Assembly: GCA_037440525.1 (NCBI GenBank) | Contig: JBBITW010000009.1 | Location: 1-38,059, forward strand | Length of the DNA: 38,059 bases | DNA from: Deltaproteobacteria bacterium | Lineage (GTDB): Bacteria > Desulfobacterota > BSN033 > UBA1163 | Reading direction: 5' to 3' | Shown: positions 27,692 to 35,979 of the stretch, in pieces | Numbering within the stretch: position 1 is the stretch's first letter | Layout: each line of letters opens with the position of its first letter | Position numbers and translations under genes: made by a program | The notes under the pieces: generated by a model | Database searches by the model: none | Seen by the model: only the letters and a program-made list of their open reading frames with translations | What the model was told of the DNA's origin: nothing

Positions 27692-29020
27692 ATGTCCATG
27701 ACAAAAAATGATGTACTCCAGATGGCAAAGGAGAAGGATGTAAAATTTGTAAGACTCTGGTTCACAGATATCCTTGGCTTTCTTAAAAGTTTTGCCATTA
27801 CCGTAAGAGAGCTTGAAGGGGCACTTGAAGAGGGGATGGGTTTTGATGGTTCTTCAATCCTTGGTTTCGTCAGGATTGACGAGAGTGATATGGTTGCTAT
27901 GCCTGATCCCTCAACCTTCAGGATTATTCCCTGGATGGCAAACGAACATGTTGTAGCTACCATGTTCTGTGATATCCTTGAGCCTGATGGAAGACCTCAC
28001 CAGGGAGATCCGCGCTGGGTATTAAAGAAGAATTTAAAAAGGGCTTCTGATATGGGATATACATTCTATGTGGGCCCTGAACTTGAATACTTCTATTTTC
28101 AGAAATCCAAAGGAAAACCTGAACCACTTGACTCAGGTGGATACTTTGATTTAACACCTCTCGATGTAGCAAGTGATCTGAGGAAACAGACTGCTGTGAT
28201 ATTAGAGGAGATGGGAATTCCAGTGGAATATTCACATCATGAGGTAGCCCCCAGTCAGCATGAGATTGATCTCAAATACAGGGATGCCTTGACAATGGCA
28301 GATAGTACAATGATTTATCGTCTTGTCGTTAAAGAGGTTGCACTGAAGAACGGAGTTTACGCAACCTTTATGCCAAAACCCATTTTTGGTGTAAACGGAA
28401 GTGGAATGCATACCCATCAATCACTTTTTAAAGGGGATAAGAATGCATTCTTTGATCCTCAGGATAAATATCATCTTTCAAAGATTGCTAAACACTATAT
28501 TGCAGGCCTGATGAAACACGCAAGGGAGATTACACTGATAACGAACCAATGGGTGAATTCATATAAAAGGCTTGTCCCAGGATATGAGGCACCGGTCTAT
28601 ATCTCCTGGGCCCAAAGAAACCGCTCTGACCTCATTAGGATCCCAGTTTATAAACCTGGAAAGGAGCTTGCTACAAGGGTCGAATACCGTTCTCCTGACC
28701 CTGCCTGTAATCCTTACTTAGCATTTTCGGTGATGCTTGCAGCAGGCCTTGAGGGGATCGAGAAGGAATATCCTCTGAAGGATCCTGTAGAGCGCAATGT
28801 CTATGAGATGAGTGAAGAGGAAAGGAGGAGATACAATATCGAATCTCTACCTGAGGATCTCTATGAGGCAATAAAAATAACTGAGAAGAGCGAACTTGTG
28901 AGGAATGCACTCGGGGATCATGTCTTTAACAGATTTATTGAAAATAAAAAGGTTGAATGGGAACGTTATCGTGCACAGGTAACAGATTATGAATTGGAGC
29001 AATACTTTTCAATTTTATAA
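27692..29020 (+). CDS. glnA: Glutamine synthetase type I
   Basis: FDGSSI, GPELEYF, HHEVAPSQHE, ATFMPKP..NGSGMH, NSYKRLVPGYEAP, EYRSPDP. Confidence 0.95.
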   Translation: MSMTKNDVLQMAKEKDVKFVRLWFTDILGFLKSFAITVRELEGALEEGMGFDGSSILGFVRIDESDMVAMPDPSTFRIIPWMANEHVVATMFCDILEPDGRPHQGDPRWVLKKNLKRASDMGYTFYVGPELEYFYFQKSKGKPEPLDSGGYFDLTPLDVASDLRKQTAVILEEMGIPVEYSHHEVAPSQHEIDLKYRDALTMADSTMIYRLVVKEVALKNGVYATFMPKPIFGVNGSGMHTHQSLFKGDKNAFFDPQDKYHLSKIAKHYIAGLMKHAREITLITNQWVNSYKRLVPGYEAPVYISWAQRNRSDLIRIPVYKPGKELATRVEYRSPDPACNPYLAFSVMLAAGLEGIEKEYPLKDPVERNVYEMSEEERRRYNIESLPEDLYEAIKITEKSELVRNALGDHVFNRFIENKKVEWERYRAQVTDYELEQYFSIL

Positions 29021-29031
29021 TGGAGGGGTAA

Positions 29032-29673
29032 ATGGATCAAATTAGGGAGTGGTGGGTAGAAGAAAGGGCAAAGAGTGTAATCCAAAGGCTTAAGGAACAT
29101 GATTTTGAGGCAATCTATTTAAAGACCAGGCAGGATGCTTCTGAAGAAATCCTGAAACATGTCTCATCAAACATGAAGATTGGGGTTGGAGGATCAGTTA
29201 CAATAAGGGAATTGGGGATATTAGAAAGATTGAAAGAGAAAGGTAATATCATTCTCGATCACTGGGTGCCAGGGCTAAAAAGAGATGAATCGATTGAACT
29301 TAGAAGATCACAAATGACATCAGATCTATTTTTAAGTAGTGCCAATGCTGTTACCCTCAAAGGTGAGATTGTAAACATCGATGGCATAGGGAATCGGATC
29401 AACTCAATAAGTTTCGGACCAAAAAAGGTCATACTCGTAGCAGGCTATAATAAAATCGTGGGGAATTTGGATGAAGCCATCCAGAGGATAAAGAATGTTG
29501 CTGCTCCACTCAATGCAAGACGTCTAAATATTGATGTGCCATGTGCAAAGACAGGGAGATGTGTGGATTGTAACTCCCCGAACCGAATCTGTAGGGTCAT
29601 GGTAATTCTTGAGAGGAGGCCATCATTAACAGATATGTTGATCATTTTGGTTGGTGAAGAATTGGGGTTTTGA
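29032..29673 (+). CDS. LUD-domain (lactate utilization protein C-like) protein
   Basis: VGGSVT, SSANAVTLKGEIVNIDGIGNR, GYNKIV, PCAKTGRCVDCNSPNRIC. Confidence 0.8.
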   Translation: MDQIREWWVEERAKSVIQRLKEHDFEAIYLKTRQDASEEILKHVSSNMKIGVGGSVTIRELGILERLKEKGNIILDHWVPGLKRDESIELRRSQMTSDLFLSSANAVTLKGEIVNIDGIGNRINSISFGPKKVILVAGYNKIVGNLDEAIQRIKNVAAPLNARRLNIDVPCAKTGRCVDCNSPNRICRVMVILERRPSLTDMLIILVGEELGF

Positions 29674-29715
29674 GAGAGGCAGGGTTATACATTACGAACT
29701 ATAGGGGGCAAAGAT

Positions 29716-31278
29716 ATGGGTAAGATCAGGAGGGCAATCATAAGCGTATCGGATAAATCAGGTATAGTAATGTTTGCAAAGGGTTTGGTCCAGTTGGGTG
29801 TAGAGATCCTCTCCACAGGCGGGACTGCAAAGACATTGAGAGATAATGATATCCCAGTGAAGGAGATCTCAGAATATACTGGATTTCCTGAGATGCTGGA
29901 TGGCAGGGTAAAGACACTTCATCCAAAGATCCATGGGGGTCTTTTGGGGCAGAGATCCAGAGCCGAGCATATGGCGAAGATGAAGGAGTATGGCATCACT
30001 CCTATTGATCTCGTGGTGGTAAATCTCTACCCATTTGAGGCAACCGTTGCAAAGGATGATTGTACCCTTGAGGAGGCTATTGAAAATATAGATATTGGTG
30101 GGCCTACAATGCTGAGGTCGGCTGCAAAGAACTATCCTGATGTTACAGTGATTGTGGATCCCGAAGACTATGAATCTGTGCTCTCTGAATTGAAAGAAAA
30201 GGGTGAAGTATCAATTGAAACAAATTTTCGATTGGCAAAAAAGGTTTTTCAGCATACAGCCCGCTACGATGGCGCCATATCCAACTATCTCGGTCTAATA
30301 AAAAATGGTAAAAAGGTCACTTCATTTCCAGAAACCTTTACATTTCAGGTGAAGAAGGTTCAGGAGCTACGTTATGGTGAAAACCCTCATCAGAAGGCTG
30401 CTTTTTATTGTGAGTATTTTTTTAAGGAGCCTTCTGTTTCAAATTCCATCCAGCTCCATGGTAAGGAGCTTTCATTCAATAATATTCTCGATCTCGATTC
30501 AGCATTTGAAACAGTAAAGGAATTTGAAGAGCCAGCAGCAGTGATTATTAAACATAATAACCCGTGTGGTGTGGCCATCTCTTCAAGTAGTCTGGCAGAG
30601 GCCTTCAGGAAGGCCAAAGACTGCGACCCTGTATCTGCCTTCGGTGGAGTTGTGGGTTTCAATAGAGAAATAGACGAAGATACTGCAAAGGAGATGTTTG
30701 AAATCTTTCTTGAGGTTATTATTGCTCCAGGTTTTAGGCCTGAAGCCTTAGAGGTTCTTAAGAAGAAGAAGGATCTGAGGATTCTTCAATCACCCCCTCT
30801 AAAGAGCCTTTTTCAAAGAGGGGGATTTGATTTAAGAAAGGTTGTGGGGGGACTGTTGGTTCAGGATAGAGATCTCGGCAATGTTTCGATAGATCAATGG
30901 AGGGTTGTAACAAAGAGAAGTCCTACAGAGGAGGAGAAGAGGGCAATGGCCTTTGGCTGGAAGGTTGCAAAACATGTCAAATCAAATGCTATTGTCCTCT
31001 GCAGGGAAGACAGGACAATAGGTATTGGGGCGGGTCAGATGAGCAGGGTGGATTCCACAAGGCTGGCTGTGATGAAGGCCCAATCTTCAACAAAAGGATG
31101 CGCACTGGCCTCGGACGCAATGTTTCCGTTTAGGGATGGAGTGGATACTGGAGCTGAAGCCGGTGCAACGGCAATTATTCAACCAGGAGGCTCTATTAGA
31201 GATGATGAGGTGATTGCAGCCGCGGATGAACATAATATTGCTATGGTCTTTACAGGTATAAGGCACTTCAGACATTGA
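29716..31278 (+). CDS. purH: Bifunctional AICAR formyltransferase/IMP cyclohydrolase
   Basis: [57 protein letters not shown]. Confidence 0.97.
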   Translation: MGKIRRAIISVSDKSGIVMFAKGLVQLGVEILSTGGTAKTLRDNDIPVKEISEYTGFPEMLDGRVKTLHPKIHGGLLGQRSRAEHMAKMKEYGITPIDLVVVNLYPFEATVAKDDCTLEEAIENIDIGGPTMLRSAAKNYPDVTVIVDPEDYESVLSELKEKGEVSIETNFRLAKKVFQHTARYDGAISNYLGLIKNGKKVTSFPETFTFQVKKVQELRYGENPHQKAAFYCEYFFKEPSVSNSIQLHGKELSFNNILDLDSAFETVKEFEEPAAVIIKHNNPCGVAISSSSLAEAFRKAKDCDPVSAFGGVVGFNREIDEDTAKEMFEIFLEVIIAPGFRPEALEVLKKKKDLRILQSPPLKSLFQRGGFDLRKVVGGLLVQDRDLGNVSIDQWRVVTKRSPTEEEKRAMAFGWKVAKHVKSNAIVLCREDRTIGIGAGQMSRVDSTRLAVMKAQSSTKGCALASDAMFPFRDGVDTGAEAGATAIIQPGGSIRDDEVIAAADEHNIAMVFTGIRHFRH

Positions 31279-31284
31279 TTTTTT

Positions 31285-31352
31285 AATCGTGAATGGGGAA
31301 TCGTGATTCATAGATTAATAAATGATAGAAGAGCCCGAGTCACGAATCACGA
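31285..31352. repeat. Short heptamer-like repeats in inverted arrangement (AATCGTG-AATGGGG-AATCGTG ... GAGTCAC-GAATCAC)
   Basis: Perfect 9-bp IR TCGTGATTC (31301-31309) / GAATCACGA (31344-31352) with 7-bp periodicity on both sides. Confidence 0.45.
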
Positions 31353-31359
31353 GGTTTAT

Positions 31360-32631
31360 ATGAAGATTCTGGTAGTTGGTGGTGGAGGAAGGGAGCATGC
31401 CCTGGTCTGGAAGATAAGCCAGAGCAGGAGGGTTTCGAAAATCTATTGTGCCCCTGGAAATGCAGGTATTTCCAAACAGGCAGAGATTGTTTCAATTAAG
31501 GCGAATGATTTAGATGGTCTTCTAAAATTTGCCTTAAGAGAAGAGATTGATTTAACGGTTATTGGCCCAGAAGAACCATTGACAAAGGGTATAGTTGATA
31601 TTTTTGAATCGAATGGACTTCCTATTTTCGGACCGAGTAAGAAGGCAGCACAGATTGAGGGAAGCAAAGTCTTTGCAAAGGAGATGATGATGAAATATCA
31701 TATTCCAACGGCTTCCTTCGAAATATTCAACAATAGCAGAGAGGCGATTGATTACATTCGAAAAAAAGGAGCGCCGATTGTTGTAAAGGCAGATGGTCTC
31801 GCAGGTGGGAAAGGGGCTATCGTCTGTAAAACCATTGAAGAGGCTATTAAAGCAGTTGAGAGAATAATGGTGGAGAAGATTTTTGGAGAGGCAGGAAATA
31901 GAATTGTCGTGGAGGAATATCTTGTTGGAGAGGAAGCCTCCTATATCGCATTTACAGATGGAAAATCAATACTTCCTTTGGCCTCATCACAGGACCATAA
32001 AGCGGTCTTCGATGGAGATGAAGGCCCAAACACAGGTGGGATGGGAGCTTACTCTCCGGCACCTGTTGTCACGGATGAAATGCATGAGAAGATTATTGGG
32101 AAAATATTGAGACCCATAATCTATGGTATGAATGAGGAAGGCAGTTCTTATAAAGGCGTCATTTATGCTGGTTTGATGATCTATGAAGGTGAACCTAAGG
32201 TATTGGAGTTTAATGCCCGATTTGGAGACCCCGAAACACAACCTGTACTTATGAGGATGAAGGGGGATATAGTTCCAATCCTTGAGGCCTGTATCAAAGG
32301 AGAACTATCAAGGTGCAAGATAGAATGGGATAAAAAGGCATCTGTTTGTGTGGTTATGACCTCTAAGGGATACCCCGGGGATTATGAAAAGGGAAAGGTT
32401 ATAAAGGGACTTGATGAGGTTTCATCCATGGAGGATATCTTTGTATTTCATGCTGGCACAGCATTAAAGAATGGTATGATGGTTACAAATGGAGGGAGGG
32501 TCTTAGGGGTTACAGGGCTGGGAGAAGATATCCAAAGGGCAATTGAGCGAACCTACAATGCTGTCAGGAAGATCTCATGGGAAGGGGTCCACTATAGAAC
32601 CGATATTGGTTATAAGGCATTGTGTAGATAA
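31360..32631 (+). CDS. purD: Phosphoribosylamine--glycine ligase
   Basis: MKILVVGGGGREHAL (start reset to 31360), APGNAG, KADGLAGGKG, GPNTGGMGAY, RFGDPETQ, FHAGT. Confidence 0.97.
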   Translation: MKILVVGGGGREHALVWKISQSRRVSKIYCAPGNAGISKQAEIVSIKANDLDGLLKFALREEIDLTVIGPEEPLTKGIVDIFESNGLPIFGPSKKAAQIEGSKVFAKEMMMKYHIPTASFEIFNNSREAIDYIRKKGAPIVVKADGLAGGKGAIVCKTIEEAIKAVERIMVEKIFGEAGNRIVVEEYLVGEEASYIAFTDGKSILPLASSQDHKAVFDGDEGPNTGGMGAYSPAPVVTDEMHEKIIGKILRPIIYGMNEEGSSYKGVIYAGLMIYEGEPKVLEFNARFGDPETQPVLMRMKGDIVPILEACIKGELSRCKIEWDKKASVCVVMTSKGYPGDYEKGKVIKGLDEVSSMEDIFVFHAGTALKNGMMVTNGGRVLGVTGLGEDIQRAIERTYNAVRKISWEGVHYRTDIGYKALCR

Positions 32632-32647
32632 ATTGAGTTAATCTATA

Positions 32648-32814
32648 TCTAAATTGAGCGATTTTAGATTGTCATTGCGAAGCAATCTCTTCCAAATTGT
32701 CATTCCTCGCTCCGCTCGGAATGACAAACATGGCATACACCTCATCCGACACAGCCTCTTCGGGGAGAGGGTTGGGTCGGTACGACTCGCAACTGAAGTG
32801 AGGGGGAATTTAGG
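32648..32814. mobile_element. Family A MITE-like element, copy A5 (167 bp), composite cargo; right TIR reduced to AATTTAGG
   Basis: Full left TIR TCTAAATTGAGCGATT, GTCATT modules, solo CGACACAGCCTC end, family C arm; TA on both flanks. Confidence 0.7.
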
Positions 32815-32850
32815 TAAATGGGAGGTGAAAATTAAACATAGAAATATTGA

Positions 32851-32933
32851 GAGACGAATCACAAACGTAGGGCAAGGGCTTGTCCCTTGCCGTATTTGGT
32901 TTCATTTCTAATGTCGAATTACGACACAGTCTC
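32851..32933. mobile_element. GAGAC...GTCTC-bounded element (83 bp) carrying the 52-bp GTAG-REP block
   Basis: Right end AATTACGACACAGTCTC; flanks ATTGA/ATTGG (4 of 5 match, TSD-like); 32856-32907 identical to 24150-24201. Confidence 0.6.
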
Positions 32934-33157
32934 ATTGGGAGAGAGGAAAAGTAAGGAGAGTAATAAAATTGCCCTCCACCCCCGTAGAAAGATGTGAGAA
33001 AAGAGAATTTTGATGGATTTGAGAGGGTGTAATTAATTGAAAACAAATTAAAATTCTTATAGGAGGCAATTCAAAGGATATTGTTCAAAATATATTATTA
33101 TTATCAATAGGTTACTAATTTCGTGAAACCCGCAAATTTATAGAAGAAAGGAGAATT

Positions 33158-34216
33158 ATGTATAATATTGCTGTAATTCCTGGAGATGGCACTGGACCTG
33201 AGGTGATTGCCGAGGGTTTAAAAGTTCTAAAGGCAGTATCAGAAAGGTTTGGCTTCAAGTATCAATTGGAAAAGTATGATTTTGGAGGAGAGAGATATTT
33301 AAGGACTGGAGAGACCCTTCCAGATTCGGTTATACAAGAATTAAAGAAGATGGATGCAATCTATCTTGGTGCAATTGGTCATCCAGAGGTAAAACCTGGA
33401 ATACTTGAACAGGGAATCTTATTAAAGATAAGATTCCAGTTGGATCAATACATAAATTTAAGGCCTGTCAAACTCTACCCGGGGGTTGACACCCCTCTTA
33501 AGGACAAAGGTCCTGAAGACATAGATTTTGTAGTTATCAGAGAGAATACAGAAGGGGCTTATCTCGGTGCAGGTGGCTTTCTTAGAAAAGGGACACCTGA
33601 TGAAATTGCGATCCAGGAAGCCATACATACGAGAAAAGGTGTTGAGCGATGTATACGATTTGCATTTGAATTTTGTCAAAGACGAAATAAGAAACATAAA
33701 CTCACACTTTGTGGAAAGACTAATGTCCTGACCTATGCATTCGACCTATGGGAAAGGACCTTTAATGAGATAGCAAAAGAATTTGAGGGAATCCAAACAG
33801 ATTATGCCCATGTTGATGCGATCTGTATGTGGATGGTAAAAAACCCTGAGTGGTTTGATGTGATAGTAACAGACAACATGTTTGGCGATATCATAACTGA
33901 CCTCGGGGCAATGATTCAGGGAGGATTGGGGATTGCCGCTGGAGGGAATATAAATCCCCGTGGAGTCTCAATGTTTGAACCAATGGGAGGCTCTGCCCCC
34001 AAGTATACAGGATTGGGAGTGGTGAGCCCTCTGGCTGCCATATCTGCATGTCAGATGATGCTGGAATTTCTGGGTGAGAGAGAGGCATCTCGGGCAATTG
34101 AAAATGCCATAATGGAAGTTGTTAAGAATGATGTAAAAAATCTTAGTGCAGGAAAGATGGGATATTCGACCTCTGAGGTTGGAGACTTAGTGGTTAAGTA
34201 TATTCAAGAAATTTAA
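33158..34216 (+). CDS. leuB: 3-isopropylmalate dehydrogenase
   Basis: [46 protein letters not shown]; isocitrate/isopropylmalate dehydrogenase family. Confidence 0.85.
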   Translation: MYNIAVIPGDGTGPEVIAEGLKVLKAVSERFGFKYQLEKYDFGGERYLRTGETLPDSVIQELKKMDAIYLGAIGHPEVKPGILEQGILLKIRFQLDQYINLRPVKLYPGVDTPLKDKGPEDIDFVVIRENTEGAYLGAGGFLRKGTPDEIAIQEAIHTRKGVERCIRFAFEFCQRRNKKHKLTLCGKTNVLTYAFDLWERTFNEIAKEFEGIQTDYAHVDAICMWMVKNPEWFDVIVTDNMFGDIITDLGAMIQGGLGIAAGGNINPRGVSMFEPMGGSAPKYTGLGVVSPLAAISACQMMLEFLGEREASRAIENAIMEVVKNDVKNLSAGKMGYSTSEVGDLVVKYIQEI

Positions 34217-34254
34217 ACTAATTTAGGTTTAATATTATTTCGAGGAGGTGAATT

Positions 34255-35076
34255 ATGGAATGGGGGATGAAAAACCGTCTGGCACAGTTGATTAAATCAG
34301 ATGGGCACTGTTTATTTTTGCCAATTGACCACGGCTATTTCCAGGGACCAACAACAAGGCTGGAGAGACCCGGTGAAACAATAAAACCATTGCTACCTTA
34401 CTGTGATGCCATCTTTGTTACGAGAGGGGTTCTCCGTTCTTCCATCAATCCAGAAAATACAAAACCAATTATTCTAAGGGTTTCCGGGGGAACAAGTATG
34501 GTGGGGAAGGATCTTTCAGATGAAGGGATTACCACTTCTATGGAAGAGGCAATAAGACTTAATGTGGCTGCAGTGGGGATATCTATTTTTGTAGGGACTG
34601 AACATGAGAAGGATTCCCTTCTCAATCTATCAAAACTTGTAGACGAAGGTGAGAAGTATGGAATTCCTGTCATGGCAGTTACAGCCGTGGGGAAGGAGCT
34701 GGAGAAAAGGGATGCACGCTATCTGGCATTGAGCTCAAGAATTGCTGCTGAACTTGGTGCAAGAATTGTGAAGACTTACTGGTGTGAGAATTTTGAAAAG
34801 GTGGTCAACGGCTGCCCTGTCCCAGTTGTAATGGCAGGAGGTCCTAAGGTTGATACTGAAATGGAGGTCTTTGAGTTCGTTTACGATGGGATGGAGAAAG
34901 GAGCAATTGGTGTAAACCTCGGGAGAAATATATGGCAGAACGATTATCCTGTGGCGATGATAAAGGCCCTAAGGGCAATCATCCATAAAAAGGCTACTGC
35001 AAAAGAGGCAAATCAAATCTTTGAGGAGGAGAAAAGAAAGGTGTCCACCAAACCAACTCAGCGGTTTTATAAATAG
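34255..35076 (+). CDS. lsrF: LsrF-like thiolase / DhnA-type class I aldolase
   Basis: MEWGMKNRL, IDHGYFQGPT, LRVSGGTS, RDARYL, ELGA..VKTY, PVVMAGG, MEKGAIGVNLGRNIWQ. Confidence 0.85.
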   Translation: MEWGMKNRLAQLIKSDGHCLFLPIDHGYFQGPTTRLERPGETIKPLLPYCDAIFVTRGVLRSSINPENTKPIILRVSGGTSMVGKDLSDEGITTSMEEAIRLNVAAVGISIFVGTEHEKDSLLNLSKLVDEGEKYGIPVMAVTAVGKELEKRDARYLALSSRIAAELGARIVKTYWCENFEKVVNGCPVPVVMAGGPKVDTEMEVFEFVYDGMEKGAIGVNLGRNIWQNDYPVAMIKALRAIIHKKATAKEANQIFEEEKRKVSTKPTQRFYK

Positions 35077-35105
35077 TGCTTACTTATTCCTCGGCACATT
35101 ATCCT

Positions 35106-35142
35106 TGCCCCCCACCATTATCCCCCAACGGAGAGGAGGGCA
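35106..35142. repeat. Degenerate family C-like hairpin between convergent lsrF and vapC (possible terminator)
   Basis: TGCCC...GGGCA closing stem with CCCCCACC and GGAGAGG remnants. Confidence 0.3.
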
Positions 35143-35147
35143 TATTT

Positions 35148-35564
35148 TTAAGGAATATTGAAAAAACCTGCTATTAAAAAATGTTTATCAAAAGAAAAAG
35201 CCTTTTTAATCTTTTGTCTCTTCATAATCACGAAACTGATTGCATCTGTATAACTAAAATTTTGATCGCTGTATTTTGCCAGTATTGATTCCCCTTCTTC
35301 CTCAATATCTTTATTTGAATAGACTTTCAAAATTCTGGGGGTTGTCTTTATGTTTTTAAGGAATGCCATCGCTGGTTGATGACCCAACTCATTTAAAATA
35401 ATAATATAGGTTTCCGCAATGACAAAGTTGCTTGTTATTAGATTCCTATGATTTTTTAATAACGAAGGGTAATTTGAAGCAGCAATTTTGTGGTTGAAAT
35501 CATCTCTATCCGCCAAAGCGATCCATGCACTGGTATCGACAAAAATATCCTCAAGGGCCATCAC
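35148..35564 (-). CDS. vapC: PIN-domain toxin (VapC family)
   Basis: IFVDTSAW, VIAET, FSYTDAISF, AFSFDKHF acidic PIN tetrad; ATGA overlap with the upstream antitoxin. Confidence 0.9.
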   Translation of the reverse strand: MMALEDIFVDTSAWIALADRDDFNHKIAASNYPSLLKNHRNLITSNFVIAETYIIILNELGHQPAMAFLKNIKTTPRILKVYSNKDIEEEGESILAKYSDQNFSYTDAISFVIMKRQKIKKAFSFDKHFLIAGFFNIP

Positions 35565-35818
35565 TTTCTCTTGTATCTAACATATTTCTTTATATATTGA
35601 TCATGCTGAGCGGATAAATCTTTTTTACCTGAATGCCCAAGCCCAATGAGGTTCATCGCAGGATCTTCCTCCAGAGGGATGTCTCTTAAGAATCTCTCGA
35701 GGCTTTCCCGGATAATCTTAGCCTTTGAGATTCCTTTTTTCTTAGAAAGCGCTTCTAATATGGAAGCCTGCTGGTGTTCAAGATATATTTGAATAGGCCT
35801 CTTCTTTAAATTTTTCAT
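35561..35818 (-). CDS. vapB: Ribbon-helix-helix (CopG-like) antitoxin
   Basis: KRPIQIYL...GISKAKIIRESL RHH pattern; C-terminal LIGLG.SG..DLS..HD.Y typical of VapB partners. Confidence 0.85.
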   Translation of the reverse strand: MKNLKKRPIQIYLEHQQASILEALSKKKGISKAKIIRESLERFLRDIPLEEDPAMNLIGLGHSGKKDLSAQHDQYIKKYVRYKRK

Positions 35819-35825
35819 GTATTTT

Positions 35826-35854
35826 TTTATACATCATAAAAGATGATATGTCAA
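35826..35854 (-). promoter_or_regulatory. vapBC promoter TTGACA-17bp-TATAAA with operator-like IR ATCAT-n5-ATGAT in the spacer
   Basis: -35 at 35854-35849, -10 at 35831-35826, 7 nt from the ATG at 35818; IR at 35833-35847. Confidence 0.65.
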
Positions 35855-35924
35855 ATAATAAATCTTTTGGCTAAATCAATGTTTTAATTTTTACACTTCG
35901 TAATTGTAATTTTATAATTATATA

Positions 35925-35953
35925 TTGACGTAGCAGATGAAGTAATATATTCT
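35925..35953 (+). promoter_or_regulatory. Putative sigma70 promoter of the Zn-dehydrogenase (TTGACG-17bp-TATTCT)
   Basis: Motif match with ideal spacing upstream of the GAGG RBS and ATG 35980. Confidence 0.45.
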
Positions 35954-35979
35954 TATGCATGTGAGGTAAACATATTCAA

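Noticed and set aside
30634-30648. TCTGCCTTCGGTGGA in purH resembles the 15-bp TC...GA hairpin
   Set aside because: It encodes SAFGG of the conserved PurH DPVSAFGG motif; a coincidence, not an insertion
31303-31359. N-terminal extensions in the ORF track for purD (31303), porA (18983) and the TctC-like gene (7308)
   Set aside because: Family-typical starts with an RBS or ATGA coupling lie downstream (31360, 18944, 7338)
809-32814. Integron attC sites or tRNA/riboswitch as an explanation for the hairpins
   Set aside because: No RYYYAAC/GTTRRRY cores or integrase, the flanking genes are housekeeping, and no cloverleaf or aptamer consensus (purine, ZTP, preQ1, glnA) was recognised by eye; an Rfam/tRNAscan run would settle it
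32638-33046. ORFs 32638..32862(-), 32654..32911(+), 32810..33046(-), and similarly 26103..26330(+)
   Set aside because: They run through nested repeats, with no recognisable protein features
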